Sequence record: KM606994
Origin: Escherichia phage RB3
Length of the DNA stretch: 64,000 nucleotides
Direction: 5' to 3' (one strand)
The notes under the pieces: model-generated
Told to the model about the DNA's origin: nothing
Database searches by the model: none
The model's input: only the letters and a program-made list of their open reading frames with translations
Made by a program: the position numbers and the translations under genes
Part shown: piece after piece, positions 9,882 to 20,219 of the stretch
Layout of the letters: each line of letters begins with the position of its first letter
Position numbering within the stretch: the first letter of the stretch is position 1

Positions 9882-11650
9882 AAAAGCCACAAGAAATGCA
9901 AACGATGCGTAGAAAAGTTATTTCAGATAATAAACCAACACAGGAAGCGGCTAAATCCGCTTCTAACACTTTATCTGGACTTAATGATATATCTACGAAA
10001 TTGGATGATGCTCAAGCTGCTTCTGAATTAATAGCTCAAACTGTCGAAGAAAAATCGAATGAAATAGTTGGAGCAATTGGTAACGTAGAAAGCGCAGTGA
10101 GTGATACTACTGCTGGTTCTGAGTTAATTGCTGAAACTGTCGAAATTGGCAATAATATTAATAAAGAAATCGGTGAATCGCTCGGAAGCAAATTAGATAA
10201 ATTAACAAGTTTACTAGAGCAAAAAATCCAGACAGCTGGAATTCAACAGACTGGAACTAGTTTAGCCACTGTTGAAAGCGCTATTCCTGTTAAAGTCGTT
10301 GAGGATGATACTGCTGAATCTGTGGGTCCTTTATTACCAGCTCCTGAAGCAGTTAATAATGATCCTGACGCTGATTTTTTCCCTACCCCTCAGCCAGTTG
10401 AACCCAAACAAGAATCACCAGAAGAAAAACAGAAAAAAGAAGCATTTAACTTAAAATTATCTCAAGCTTTAGATAAATTAACAAAGACTGTTGATTTTGG
10501 ATTTAAGAAATCCATTTCAATTAGTGATAAAATATCAAGCATGTTATTTAAGTACACCATCAGTGCTGCTATTGAAGCCGCTAAAATGACTGCAATGATA
10601 TTGGCTGTTGTTGTTGGAATAGACCTGTTGATGGTTCATTTTAAATACTGGTCAGATAAATTTTCAAAAGCCTGGGATTTATTTAATACTGACTTTACTA
10701 AATTCTCTAGCGAAACCGGAACATGGGGTCCTTTATTACAGAGCATCTTTGATTCTATTGATAAAATTAAACAACTTTGGGAAGCGGGAGATTGGGGTGG
10801 ATTGACAGCAGCTATTGTTGAAGGACTCGGAAGTGTTCTTTTTAATTTAGGTGAACTTATTCAATTAGGTATGGCTAAATTATCTGCAGCAATTCTTCGA
10901 GTCATTCCTGGTATGAAGGATACTGCTGATGAAGTAGAAGGAAGAGCATTAGAAAATTTCCAAAATTCTACTGGAGCATCTCTCAATAAAGAAGACCAAG
11001 AAAAAGTTGCAAATTATCAAGATAAACGAATGAACGGAGACCTTGGTCCGATAGCAAAAGGATTAGATAAAATTGCTAATTGGAAAACTCGTGCATCTAA
11101 TTGGATTCGCGGGGTTGATAATAAAGAAGCACTAACTACCGACGAAGAACGTGCAGCAGAAGAAGAAAAATTAAAGCAACTTTCACCGGAAGAAAGAAAA
11201 AATGCTTTAATGAAGGCTAATGAAGCTCGTGCTGCGATGATTCGTTTTGAAAAATATGCCGATTCAGCTGATATGAGTAAAGACTCAACAGTTAAATCAG
11301 TTGAATCTGCCTATGAAGACCTTAAAAAACGGATGGATGACCCGGATTTAAATAATTCACCGGCAGTTAAAAAAGAACTTGCTGCTAGATTTTCTAAAAT
11401 TGATGCTACTTATCAAGAGCTCAAGAAAAATCAGCCTAATGCCAAACCTGAAACTTCTGCTAAATCGCCAGAAGCGAAACAAGTCCAGGTTATTGAAAAG
11501 AACAAAGCACAGCAAGCTCCTGTTCAACAAGCATCTCCTTCAATCAATAATACTAATAATGTTATTAAGAAAAATACTGTCGTTCATAATATGACACCTG
11601 TTACGAGTACAACTGCTCCTGGTGTATTTGGCGCGACTGGAGTTAATTAA
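9878..11650 (+). CDS. 29: baseplate hub / tail length determinator gp29
   Basis: 590 aa; coiled-coil and hydrophobic central region. Confidence 0.85.
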   Translation: MKKPQEMQTMRRKVISDNKPTQEAAKSASNTLSGLNDISTKLDDAQAASELIAQTVEEKSNEIVGAIGNVESAVSDTTAGSELIAETVEIGNNINKEIGESLGSKLDKLTSLLEQKIQTAGIQQTGTSLATVESAIPVKVVEDDTAESVGPLLPAPEAVNNDPDADFFPTPQPVEPKQESPEEKQKKEAFNLKLSQALDKLTKTVDFGFKKSISISDKISSMLFKYTISAAIEAAKMTAMILAVVVGIDLLMVHFKYWSDKFSKAWDLFNTDFTKFSSETGTWGPLLQSIFDSIDKIKQLWEAGDWGGLTAAIVEGLGSVLFNLGELIQLGMAKLSAAILRVIPGMKDTADEVEGRALENFQNSTGASLNKEDQEKVANYQDKRMNGDLGPIAKGLDKIANWKTRASNWIRGVDNKEALTTDEERAAEEEKLKQLSPEERKNALMKANEARAAMIRFEKYADSADMSKDSTVKSVESAYEDLKKRMDDPDLNNSPAVKKELAARFSKIDATYQELKKNQPNAKPETSAKSPEAKQVQVIEKNKAQQAPVQQASPSINNTNNVIKKNTVVHNMTPVTSTTAPGVFGATGVN

Positions 11651-11658
11651 GGAATAAT

Positions 11659-12753
11659 ATGGCAATTGTTAAAGAAATAACTGCTGATTTAATTAAAAAG
11701 TCCGGTGAGAAAATTTCAGCCGGACAGAGCACTAAATCAGAAGTAGTAACTAAAACATACACTGCCCAGTTTCCAACTGGGCGTGCTAGTGGTAATGACA
11801 CTACAGGGGACTTCCAGGTAACAGATCTATATAAGAATGGATTATTATTTACTGCATACAATATGTCATCTAGGGATTCTGGAAGTCTTAGATCGATGAG
11901 ATCTAACTACTCTTCTTCATCTTCGAGTATTTTAAGTACAGCCAGAAACACTATTAGTAGTACAGTATCAAAACTATCAAATGGATTAATATCAAATAAT
12001 AATTCAGGAACAATAAGTAAAGCTCCTGTCGCAAACATTCTTTTACCGAGATCTAAATCTGATGTTGATACATCATCACATAGATTTAATGATGTTCAAG
12101 AAAGCCTTATCAGTAGAGGCGGAGGTACTGCTACTGGTGTGCTAAGTAATATTGCTTCAACCGCAGTATTTGGGGCACTGGAAAGTATAACACAAGGTAT
12201 AATGGCTGATAATAATGAGCAGATTTATACGACAGCCAGAAGTATGTACGGTGGCGCTGAAAATAGAACTAAAGTGTTTACATGGGATTTGACTCCACGT
12301 TCCACAGAAGATTTAATGGCTATTATTAATATCTATCAATATTTTAACTATTTTTCTTATGGTGAAACGGGTAAATCTCAATATGCTGCTGAAATAAAGG
12401 GATATTTAGATGATTGGTATCGTTCTACGTTAATTGAACCTTTATCTCCGGAAGACGCAGCTAAAAATAAAACACTATTTGAGAAAATGACATCGAGTTT
12501 AACTAACGTTCTAGTAGTTTCAAACCCGACAATTTGGATGGTGAAAAACTTTGGTGCAACATCTAAGTTTGATGGAAAAACTGAAATATTTGGTCCATGC
12601 CAAATTCAAAATATCAGATTTGATAAAACACCTAATGGTAACTTTAACGGATTAGCTATTGCTCCAAACCTCCCTAGTACATTTACTCTCGAGATTACTA
12701 TGAGAGAAATTATCACGTTAAACCGTGCTTCTTTATATGCGGGGACTTTTTAA
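11659..12753 (+). CDS. 48: baseplate tail-tube junction protein gp48
   Basis: 364 aa, equal to T4 gp48. Confidence 0.85.
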   Translation: MAIVKEITADLIKKSGEKISAGQSTKSEVVTKTYTAQFPTGRASGNDTTGDFQVTDLYKNGLLFTAYNMSSRDSGSLRSMRSNYSSSSSSILSTARNTISSTVSKLSNGLISNNNSGTISKAPVANILLPRSKSDVDTSSHRFNDVQESLISRGGGTATGVLSNIASTAVFGALESITQGIMADNNEQIYTTARSMYGGAENRTKVFTWDLTPRSTEDLMAIINIYQYFNYFSYGETGKSQYAAEIKGYLDDWYRSTLIEPLSPEDAAKNKTLFEKMTSSLTNVLVVSNPTIWMVKNFGATSKFDGKTEIFGPCQIQNIRFDKTPNGNFNGLAIAPNLPSTFTLEITMREIITLNRASLYAGTF

Positions 12754-13718
12754 TGTATTCTTTAGAGGAATTTAATAATCAAGCAATAAACGCAGATTTC
12801 CAACGTAATAATATGTTTAGCTGCGTTTTTGCAACAACTCCATCAACTAAAAGCTCTTCGTTGATAAGTTCAATTAGCAACTTTTCTTATAATAACTTGG
12901 GCCTAAATTCAGATTGGCTAGGATTAACTCAAGGTGATATTAATCAGGGAATTACCACGCTAATTACAGCTGGCACACAAAAACTGATAAGAAAATCAGG
13001 GGTTAGTAAATATCTTATTGGTGCCATGAGTCAACGTACAGTTCAAAGTTTATTAGGCTCATTCACAGTTGGTACATATTTAATTGACTTCTTTAACATG
13101 GCATATAACTCATCTGGATTGATGATATATTCTGTAAAAATGCCAGAGAACAGATTATCCTATGAAACTGACTGGAACTATAATTCTCCTAATATTCGTA
13201 TAACCGGAAGAGAATTAGACCCTTTGGTTATTTCATTTAGAATGGATTCAGAAGCTTGTAACTATCGTGCAATGCAAGACTGGGTTAACGCTGTTCAAGA
13301 CCCAGTAACTGGATTACGTGCTTTGCCACAAGATGTCGAGGCAGATATTCAGGTTAATCTTCATGCTCGTAATGGATTACCTCATACTGCGGTGATGTTC
13401 ACCGGATGCATTCCAATATCAGTGAGCGCTCCTGAGTTATCATATGATGGAGATAACCAAATAACTACATTTGACGTTACTTTTGCGTATAGAGTGATGC
13501 AGGCTGGAGCAGTTGATAGGCAAGCTGCGCTTGAATGGCTTGAATCTGCTGCTATAAATGGTATTCAAAGCGTTCTCGGAAATAGTGGAGGTGTTACTGG
13601 ACTATCTAATTCGCTTTCACGACTCAGTAGATTAGGAGGAACTGCGGGGAGCATTTCAAACATTAATACTATGACAGGAATTGTCAATTCGCAAAGTAAA
13701 ATATTAGGAGCAATATAA
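12753..13718 (+). CDS. 54: baseplate tail-tube initiator gp54
   Basis: 321 aa ORF; followed by a strong plus-strand terminator. Confidence 0.85.
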   Translation: MYSLEEFNNQAINADFQRNNMFSCVFATTPSTKSSSLISSISNFSYNNLGLNSDWLGLTQGDINQGITTLITAGTQKLIRKSGVSKYLIGAMSQRTVQSLLGSFTVGTYLIDFFNMAYNSSGLMIYSVKMPENRLSYETDWNYNSPNIRITGRELDPLVISFRMDSEACNYRAMQDWVNAVQDPVTGLRALPQDVEADIQVNLHARNGLPHTAVMFTGCIPISVSAPELSYDGDNQITTFDVTFAYRVMQAGAVDRQAALEWLESAAINGIQSVLGNSGGVTGLSNSLSRLSRLGGTAGSISNINTMTGIVNSQSKILGAI

Positions 13719-13722
13719 CAAT

Positions 13723-13752
13723 GGGGACCGAAAGGTCCCCATATTTTTATTT
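13723..13752 (+). terminator. intrinsic terminator after gene 54
   Basis: GGGGACC-GAAA-GGTCCCC followed by ATATTTTTATTT. Confidence 0.7.
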
Positions 13753-14037
13753 ACGGAATGAAATGAAAGCAGAAACTGAAGCAACTAAACTGTCTTCAAT
13801 ATAAACTTCAATTTTTACCGGAGCTTCTGACTCAAATTTACCTGTTACTACACTCTGAAAAATACTTTCAGACTGTTCTGGCTTTGAAAAATTTTCAGAA
13901 GGAAAAATTCCAAACTTTTTATCTGTTCCAAAAATTTTAATAAATTCATCGTAAACTGCTTCATTAAAAGCATTATCAGCAGGAATAACGCCTTCAACTA
14001 CAAGTTCTTGACCTAAAAAGCGCAAAGAAGATTTCAT
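13747..14037 (-). CDS. hypothetical early protein (T4 alt.-3 position)
   Basis: ORF track 96 aa; own early promoter and GAGGA SD upstream. Confidence 0.5.
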   Translation of the reverse strand: MKSSLRFLGQELVVEGVIPADNAFNEAVYDEFIKIFGTDKKFGIFPSENFSKPEQSESIFQSVVTGKFESEAPVKIEVYIEDSLVASVSAFISFRK

Positions 14038-14068
14038 TTTGTGTTCCTCATGTTATGTCAGTAAGTCT

Positions 14069-14098
14069 ACTATAACACAACACGAGGGACTTGTAAAC
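14069..14098 (-). promoter_or_regulatory. T4-type early promoter
   Basis: Minus strand GTTTAC-18 nt-TATAGT, then ACTTACTGACATAACATGAGGA leader. Confidence 0.6.
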
Positions 14099-16155
14099 TA
14101 CATTTTGAACTTTTTAGACATTCCGTTGATGTTAACCAAAGAAGCTAATATTTGAGAAACTTCGTTTTCCTCTTCTTTTGATTCTTCTACAAGGAATTGA
14201 TTAAATCCAGCCATTGGACGAACTTCACCAGTTTCCATTAAATGGTCTCCATCATATACTGATTCTTCTAATTGTTCAGAAGGAGGAACGATTGTACCTT
14301 CGATTAGATACTTGTTATAAGCAGTTTCTTTCATAAAGTACGTACTTACTTTATTAATCTTCAGTAAAATTCCGCGCGGTAGAATAACTTCAGCTTCTGA
14401 TGGAAATCCTGATAAATGACCTGGAACGATAACTTTGATTCGCTCAGCTCCTTTAATTACCATACCCACGCTAGTTTCAGCATCTTCATTAGCATATGTA
14501 GAATGACTACCCATATGCATCAAATCTTCTGCATCAACGGAACCTTCTCCTTCACCAGAAAATACTGCGCCGGAATCATCTAGAGCCATATAGTTTTTAC
14601 CATGCTCACCGAAGATATTTGGTTTAAGCGATGTGGATACGAAGTTCTTGAAATAGAACATTTTGTTTTCAATGTTATGACGCAAAGTTTTAAAGGTAAC
14701 TTCTTGTCCACGATAAAGCGTAGTTCCTGGAGGAAGAACTGAACCTTTAGCGAATGCAGAATCAAGCGTCTCAATATGTTTAATAGCTCGTTCCATATAT
14801 TCTTCACGGGTAGAATCTGGTTTACCCAAAAGGAACGAGTTCATTTCAACATATGAATCTGCACAATAATCTTCAATTACATCAGATTCAGCTTGAGTTA
14901 ATCCTTTTGGAGTTACTTCGGTGCTTGCGTATTCATATGCCTGGGCAGCAGATTCATTAATCAATTTATAAATGCCATTCATGACAAATTGAATAATAGC
15001 TGTCTTTTCATCTGGCGTAGCTTTAGAACCTTTAACTAAATCATTAATAATTTTCTTAATAACATCAAAGCTATTAGAAATATTAATGTCAGCAAGATCG
15101 CTTAAAATTTTATCAGTTTTATAATCAAAGAATTCTTTATTCTTTAAATATTCTTGAGAACCTTGATACGATATATCGCTCTGCAACTTGATAGATGGAT
15201 CACGTAAACGTGCATGGGCTAATGCAATATGATTTCGGAAACTTTCTAGTTCATAATCGTTAGATTTAAAACGAGAAGCACTTCTCATACCACCGATAGC
15301 TCCTTTGCCGAAGTTTGAACCAATCTGAATAACGCCAGAGTTCATTGGTCCTTCTGCTTTATATACCGGAACTTTAGATTCAAACTCTTGATATTTCTTG
15401 GCAGCGAAGCTATCACCCTGAAGTGAAGCATCGACAGTAGAATATTGAGCTTGTGCTGCTAATCGACGACTAATTTTAGTTTTTTGAATAACAGCTTGAT
15501 CCGTGCGCTTATCATTTTCTAAAGCAATAGAAGCAGCAACAGCGACAGCTTTAGGAACAGCATTACCTGTTTTAACATCTACATAAACATCACCGACCTT
15601 TGATTCAACTTTTGTGAATAACTCAGTTGAAATAGGAGGTACACCTGGAATGTCTTCTAAATTGGCATTTTTACGGTAAACCATAATATATGCATACTTT
15701 TTATCATAGTCCCAGATTTCCTTTAAAAGAACATATCGACCTGCTCCTTTAGTACGTACTAAACGGTCAGCAATAACTTGCATTTGACGAGCAGCGCCAT
15801 TTGTTTTACTTTTTAGTACGCGGAATAGGCATGCGTCAATTTTATACTGTTTCATTGTTTGAAGAGCAGTATCAAAAACAGCATTAATGACGCCAATTGG
15901 ATTTCCACCCAAGTTTCTAAGCTTAACCAGCGATAATTTCTCGTTGACACCTATCATTACGATATGCATCATTTTATCGCCTGGCTTAACGTTTTTATTC
16001 GTATCACCACCAGAGGTGTATGTACAAAATCTAAATCCAGGAAGCACGCTTTCTTCGCCGGCTTGAATAGCAAAAATTTGTGGTATTTTATGCTTAGGAT
16101 TTAAGTTAACAACCGGCGCCGAAGCGCCGTCAAATAATTCTGTAATAAGTTCCAT
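14098..16155 (-). CDS. Alt-family ADP-ribosyltransferase paralog (downstream copy)
   Basis: 685 aa; N-terminus MELITELFD and first ~400 aa clearly paralogous to the neighbouring alt; ART-type motifs YRGQ, FVSTS, SEAEV. Confidence 0.75.
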   Translation of the reverse strand: MELITELFDGASAPVVNLNPKHKIPQIFAIQAGEESVLPGFRFCTYTSGGDTNKNVKPGDKMMHIVMIGVNEKLSLVKLRNLGGNPIGVINAVFDTALQTMKQYKIDACLFRVLKSKTNGAARQMQVIADRLVRTKGAGRYVLLKEIWDYDKKYAYIMVYRKNANLEDIPGVPPISTELFTKVESKVGDVYVDVKTGNAVPKAVAVAASIALENDKRTDQAVIQKTKISRRLAAQAQYSTVDASLQGDSFAAKKYQEFESKVPVYKAEGPMNSGVIQIGSNFGKGAIGGMRSASRFKSNDYELESFRNHIALAHARLRDPSIKLQSDISYQGSQEYLKNKEFFDYKTDKILSDLADINISNSFDVIKKIINDLVKGSKATPDEKTAIIQFVMNGIYKLINESAAQAYEYASTEVTPKGLTQAESDVIEDYCADSYVEMNSFLLGKPDSTREEYMERAIKHIETLDSAFAKGSVLPPGTTLYRGQEVTFKTLRHNIENKMFYFKNFVSTSLKPNIFGEHGKNYMALDDSGAVFSGEGEGSVDAEDLMHMGSHSTYANEDAETSVGMVIKGAERIKVIVPGHLSGFPSEAEVILPRGILLKINKVSTYFMKETAYNKYLIEGTIVPPSEQLEESVYDGDHLMETGEVRPMAGFNQFLVEESKEEENEVSQILASLVNINGMSKKFKM

Positions 16156-16158
16156 GAT

Positions 16159-18255
16159 TTATCCTTGAACGAACTTGTAAGGCATGTTTGTAATATCTAT
16201 GCAAGACGCAATAATTCCAAGAGATGATTCTGCTTTCTGTTTAACGTTTGATGAAACAAATGATGCAAAGTCAACTCTGTCTTCTATTTCAATATCACCT
16301 GTCATTGCAACTACTTCACCGGTTTCCATTAAATGGTCTCCGTCATAGATTACCGATTCGGTGAGTTCTTCGGTGGTCATAACTTCAGCTTGAATGAGTT
16401 TTGTATTATTAGATGTTGTTCCGTCATTATTAGAAGCATCAGTTATTTTATTAACTTTGACCATCAATCCACGCGGTAGAATAACTTCAGCTTCTGTTGC
16501 TATTCCGAGACTTCCTGGATATACAACATTAACTTTATGAGCTCCATCAATTGCCCATCCTATTTGAACTTTAACGTATTCAGGATTTTCTTTATACGCT
16601 CTTATTTCGTTTGGATTAATAGTTATTCCTTCTTCATTTTTATCAACTGTTAATTCATTGCGAGCTTCTGGTTCTAAAAGACCAATACCAGCATGTGTAA
16701 TTCCAAAACGTCCAAAAATGATAGGAGTTAAAGAAGTAGATACAAAATTTCTGAAATAGAACACTTTATTTTTAACTAGTGCTTCGTATATAGGAGCAGT
16801 CATACTTTGAGCACGATAAACTGTAATGCCTTCTGGTATACGGTCACCATTTTCAAAAGCTGAATCTAAATTATTTATCGCAGATTCAATTTCTTTTTCA
16901 CTCATTACATCATATCGTTCTGGATTGTAGCGGCCTAAAAGAAGATTATTGATGTCAGTATATCCTGATCCACAATACTCTCTAATACCGCGCTTTTGCG
17001 ATGGAGTATATTTAGAACCATCACGGGCAATAGTAATATCAATCATTGGACCTGCACCAATTCCAGAAAAACTATAAATCATTCGTTTGAGGAATTTAGT
17101 TTTTGCTGAGTTCCAAGAATTTTTAGTTATTTCTTCCCAGACTTCATCTGGCTGCCCTTTACGAGTTTTATTATGTTTATCAAGCCAATTATCTTTATAT
17201 TCTTCAAAGAATTGATTAACAGCTGCTGCGTATTTCTCTAAACATTTTATTGAAGTAGTTGGTTCATTTTTAATCGCATTAAGAATTACATCTTTAATTT
17301 TTTCAGAAACTTCATTAACCTCACTTTTTGAAAAGAATTTATAGTCATAGTGAAGTTCATCTGCGGTTCCTTCGGCAATGATTTTTGCTGCCTTAGTTTT
17401 AGAAGCTAATGAATTAATTCCAAGCTTCATTTCTTCTGCTTCGGGAATTAAAGGAGCAGTAGCAGGTTTATTGAAATTAGCTGCGGTAGATTCATACTTC
17501 TGGAATAATTCACTTTCAAATCTAGAAGACTCTAACGATTGACTTTGTGCAATTGCTCTACGTGAAATTTTAACTTTAACGATTACAGCTTGGTCAGAAC
17601 GTTTATCATTTTCTTGCGCAATAGATGCTGCAATTGCCTCATTTTTAGTTACTTGGGCTCCAGTATCTTTATTGATATAAACATCACCGACCTTCGATTC
17701 AACTTTAGTAAAGAGCTCAGTACTAATTTCCGGAACTCCCGGAATGTCTTCTAGTGATACATTTTTGCGATGTATAAGAATATATGCATACTTTTTATCG
17801 TAATCCCAGAGTTCCTTAAGAAGGACGTATCTGCCACCTGAACGACTGCGGATGAGTCTATCAGCAATAAGTTGAATTTGTCGAGCTTGACCGGCGGTTT
17901 TAGACTTAAGAATACGAAGCATGCAGGCATCAATTTTATACTGACGCATTGTTTGCATTGCAACAGTAAAAACCGAATTGATATAATTAATTGGGCTTGG
18001 ACCAAGACCTTTCAATTTAGCAATTGAACCTTTAGCGGTTAATGTAAAAGGAACAATATGCATCATTTTATCGCCCATTTTTAAATCGCGATTAGTATCA
18101 CCTCCAGATGTATAGGTACATAAACGAAAGCCTGGTTGTTCAATTGCATCATCAACATGAACTGAAAAAATTTGCGGTATTTTCTTCTTTGGATTTAAGT
18201 TTGTAATCGGAAGAGTAGTATCTTCGTCAAATAATTCTGTAATAAGTTCCATCAT
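16159..18255 (-). CDS. alt: Alt ADP-ribosyltransferase, probably capsid-packaged
   Basis: 698 aa (start may be the second Met); motifs YRAQ, FVSTS, ATEAEV; late promoter ~20 nt upstream; next to DNA ligase as in T4. Confidence 0.8.
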   Translation of the reverse strand: MMELITELFDEDTTLPITNLNPKKKIPQIFSVHVDDAIEQPGFRLCTYTSGGDTNRDLKMGDKMMHIVPFTLTAKGSIAKLKGLGPSPINYINSVFTVAMQTMRQYKIDACMLRILKSKTAGQARQIQLIADRLIRSRSGGRYVLLKELWDYDKKYAYILIHRKNVSLEDIPGVPEISTELFTKVESKVGDVYINKDTGAQVTKNEAIAASIAQENDKRSDQAVIVKVKISRRAIAQSQSLESSRFESELFQKYESTAANFNKPATAPLIPEAEEMKLGINSLASKTKAAKIIAEGTADELHYDYKFFSKSEVNEVSEKIKDVILNAIKNEPTTSIKCLEKYAAAVNQFFEEYKDNWLDKHNKTRKGQPDEVWEEITKNSWNSAKTKFLKRMIYSFSGIGAGPMIDITIARDGSKYTPSQKRGIREYCGSGYTDINNLLLGRYNPERYDVMSEKEIESAINNLDSAFENGDRIPEGITVYRAQSMTAPIYEALVKNKVFYFRNFVSTSLTPIIFGRFGITHAGIGLLEPEARNELTVDKNEEGITINPNEIRAYKENPEYVKVQIGWAIDGAHKVNVVYPGSLGIATEAEVILPRGLMVKVNKITDASNNDGTTSNNTKLIQAEVMTTEELTESVIYDGDHLMETGEVVAMTGDIEIEDRVDFASFVSSNVKQKAESSLGIIASCIDITNMPYKFVQG

Positions 18256-18275
18256 AGCCTCTCTAGTGTTTATTC

Positions 18276-18283
18276 TATTTATA
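18276..18283 (-). promoter_or_regulatory. late promoter upstream of alt
   Basis: TATAAATA on minus strand ~20 nt upstream of alt start codon. Confidence 0.6.
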
Positions 18284-18285
18284 AA

Positions 18286-18306
18286 ATTAAAGGCCCGAAG
18301 GCCTTT
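18286..18306 (-). terminator. hairpin/terminator between the 62-aa ORF and alt late promoter
   Basis: AAAGGCC-UUCG-GGCCUUU on minus strand followed by T-rich tract. Confidence 0.5.
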
Positions 18307-18493
18307 AGTAATCTAGTGGTAAGAGAGTACGATATATTTCAAACTTCGGTCCTTTTTCATAGGCATCAAATGTTTCTGTAAATTTGTTATAAGCGTATGC
18401 ATCTACAAATTCGAGAATGACTTGTGATACAGAAGTAGAAACATCTCCACCTTCTTTTTGAGCAATGACAATTGTTTCTAAGTAAGCTTTCAT
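18305..18493 (-). CDS. hypothetical protein
   Basis: ORF track 62 aa between ligase and alt. Confidence 0.45.
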   Translation of the reverse strand: MKAYLETIVIAQKEGGDVSTSVSQVILEFVDAYAYNKFTETFDAYEKGPKFEIYRTLLPLDY

Positions 18494-19953
18494 AGACCAG
18501 TTACCTCATGAAAATCACCAAATACATCCTCGAATGTATTAGCTTTAGTTTTATCTTCACGTAAACGAATCGCAATCGGAAGAAATAATTTAACGTAATC
18601 AGTGCGGCCATCAGATTTTAACCAACCGTTGCATTCGCACTCTAGAATTTTTCCAATATAATAATTTTGGTTTTCCATAATGCGAGTACGGTCAAGTTCA
18701 TGCGATTTTACACCGGCTTTATCTTTTAAGCCTGAACCAGCATTTACTTTAATTTTTCCACACTCTGACTCAAGAATAAATCCACCTGCTTTAGTAGGGT
18801 CTTTACGGTGAGGATAAATTCCTACAATTTTTAAATCAACATCAATTACTTCTTTAAATTTATAGAGATTTTTTGAACGAGCATTTTCCCATAATCCATC
18901 GATATTTTTGAGAATAATACCTTCAAGACCTTGGTCAATATACTTTTTATAAATTACCTTAGCTTCATCTAAGTTATTTACTACTTGGTTTTCAATTAAA
19001 ATTACTTTATCATATCCTGATGTCATTTGTTCTAGTTTAGAAAAACGTACATCATATTTCAAACGAAATGCAGGAAGACCGTATATTTCTACCAACGGTA
19101 CATAATCCCAGACCTGAAACTTCATGCACTGTGCTTCTTTTTCAGAAATGGTTCCCTTTAAAGATTTATTGGCGATGCCATTAGATGCAGTACGTGATTC
19201 AGCTACTTCGGCGAATTCTTTAGCTTTACTAATTTCAGGATAAGCATCAAAAAGAAAATCTAGGCCTTCTGGCTCCTTTTTAACTTGCTCATGGTATACC
19301 AATTCGCCATCAATTAACACACCTTCTGGATGAATCTGGCGGGCTTCAGCGGTCATTTTGATTAACTCTTCCTTAAGAAGATCTAATCCTAGATATTCAT
19401 TACCAGCTCGTGATAAAAGACGAACATCATCTAATTCATCACCTCTAACTTCAGCAAAACACCGAGCTCCATCAGCTTTTAACTGGGCAAAAGCTGGAAA
19501 TTTGATATTCTTATTAATGCCTTTTTCATCATAAGAACTTGCAAGCATTTGAGGTTGTTCAGGAATTAAACCTGGCCAAACTTTGTTTGCAATAGATACC
19601 GAAGCACCGCATTCAAGGTCTCGCATCATCACCCGACGCAAAACTTCAACATCATCTTTTTTACCGTCAGTAATATATCCAGTTAATTCCTCAATTGCCG
19701 CATTTCCAGTCAATTTCCGAGTAGCTAACGTGAATTCAATGAAGTCAAGCATATCGGTAAGAGTCAACATTCCAAAACTCTGGGTAGCAATACCAGGTTT
19801 AGGCCATTTCTTGATATAATACTGTAACCCACGAGAATAAGTCAGACGATATACCCGTTTAAGCAATTCATTATCTTTATTCTTTTCAAGAATTGCTTGC
19901 TTCTGCTTAGTTGAACCAATAGATGCTATTTCGTTCAGAATTTTAAGAATCAT
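18490..19953 (-). CDS. 30: ATP-dependent DNA ligase gp30
   Basis: 487 aa, equal to T4 ligase; adenylation motif KADGAR. Confidence 0.9.
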   Translation of the reverse strand: MILKILNEIASIGSTKQKQAILEKNKDNELLKRVYRLTYSRGLQYYIKKWPKPGIATQSFGMLTLTDMLDFIEFTLATRKLTGNAAIEELTGYITDGKKDDVEVLRRVMMRDLECGASVSIANKVWPGLIPEQPQMLASSYDEKGINKNIKFPAFAQLKADGARCFAEVRGDELDDVRLLSRAGNEYLGLDLLKEELIKMTAEARQIHPEGVLIDGELVYHEQVKKEPEGLDFLFDAYPEISKAKEFAEVAESRTASNGIANKSLKGTISEKEAQCMKFQVWDYVPLVEIYGLPAFRLKYDVRFSKLEQMTSGYDKVILIENQVVNNLDEAKVIYKKYIDQGLEGIILKNIDGLWENARSKNLYKFKEVIDVDLKIVGIYPHRKDPTKAGGFILESECGKIKVNAGSGLKDKAGVKSHELDRTRIMENQNYYIGKILECECNGWLKSDGRTDYVKLFLPIAIRLREDKTKANTFEDVFGDFHEVTGL

Positions 19954-20219
19954 TGTTCATCCTTTAGAGTTTGGTTTACAGCTCTATTATAAATCAATTC
20001 ATCATTAAGCTCAGTCAAAGACCTGTGGTACGTGGTTCTAACTTTATTTCCTTGCATCCAGTGCTTGACGTAAATGAAACCTTGCTCTACACATTTTTTA
20101 AAAATTCGTTCGTCTTTTTGAGCTCGGAATTCTGGATTGCATCTAAAAAATTGATTTACGTGACCGTAATCACGTGTAGTATTACCTTCATTTTCATAAA
20201 TAGTATGAACAACAAACAT
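19950..20219 (-). CDS. hypothetical protein (30.1 position)
   Basis: ORF track 89 aa; ATGA-type overlap with ligase. Confidence 0.5.
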   Translation of the reverse strand: MFVVHTIYENEGNTTRDYGHVNQFFRCNPEFRAQKDERIFKKCVEQGFIYVKHWMQGNKVRTTYHRSLTELNDELIYNRAVNQTLKDEQ

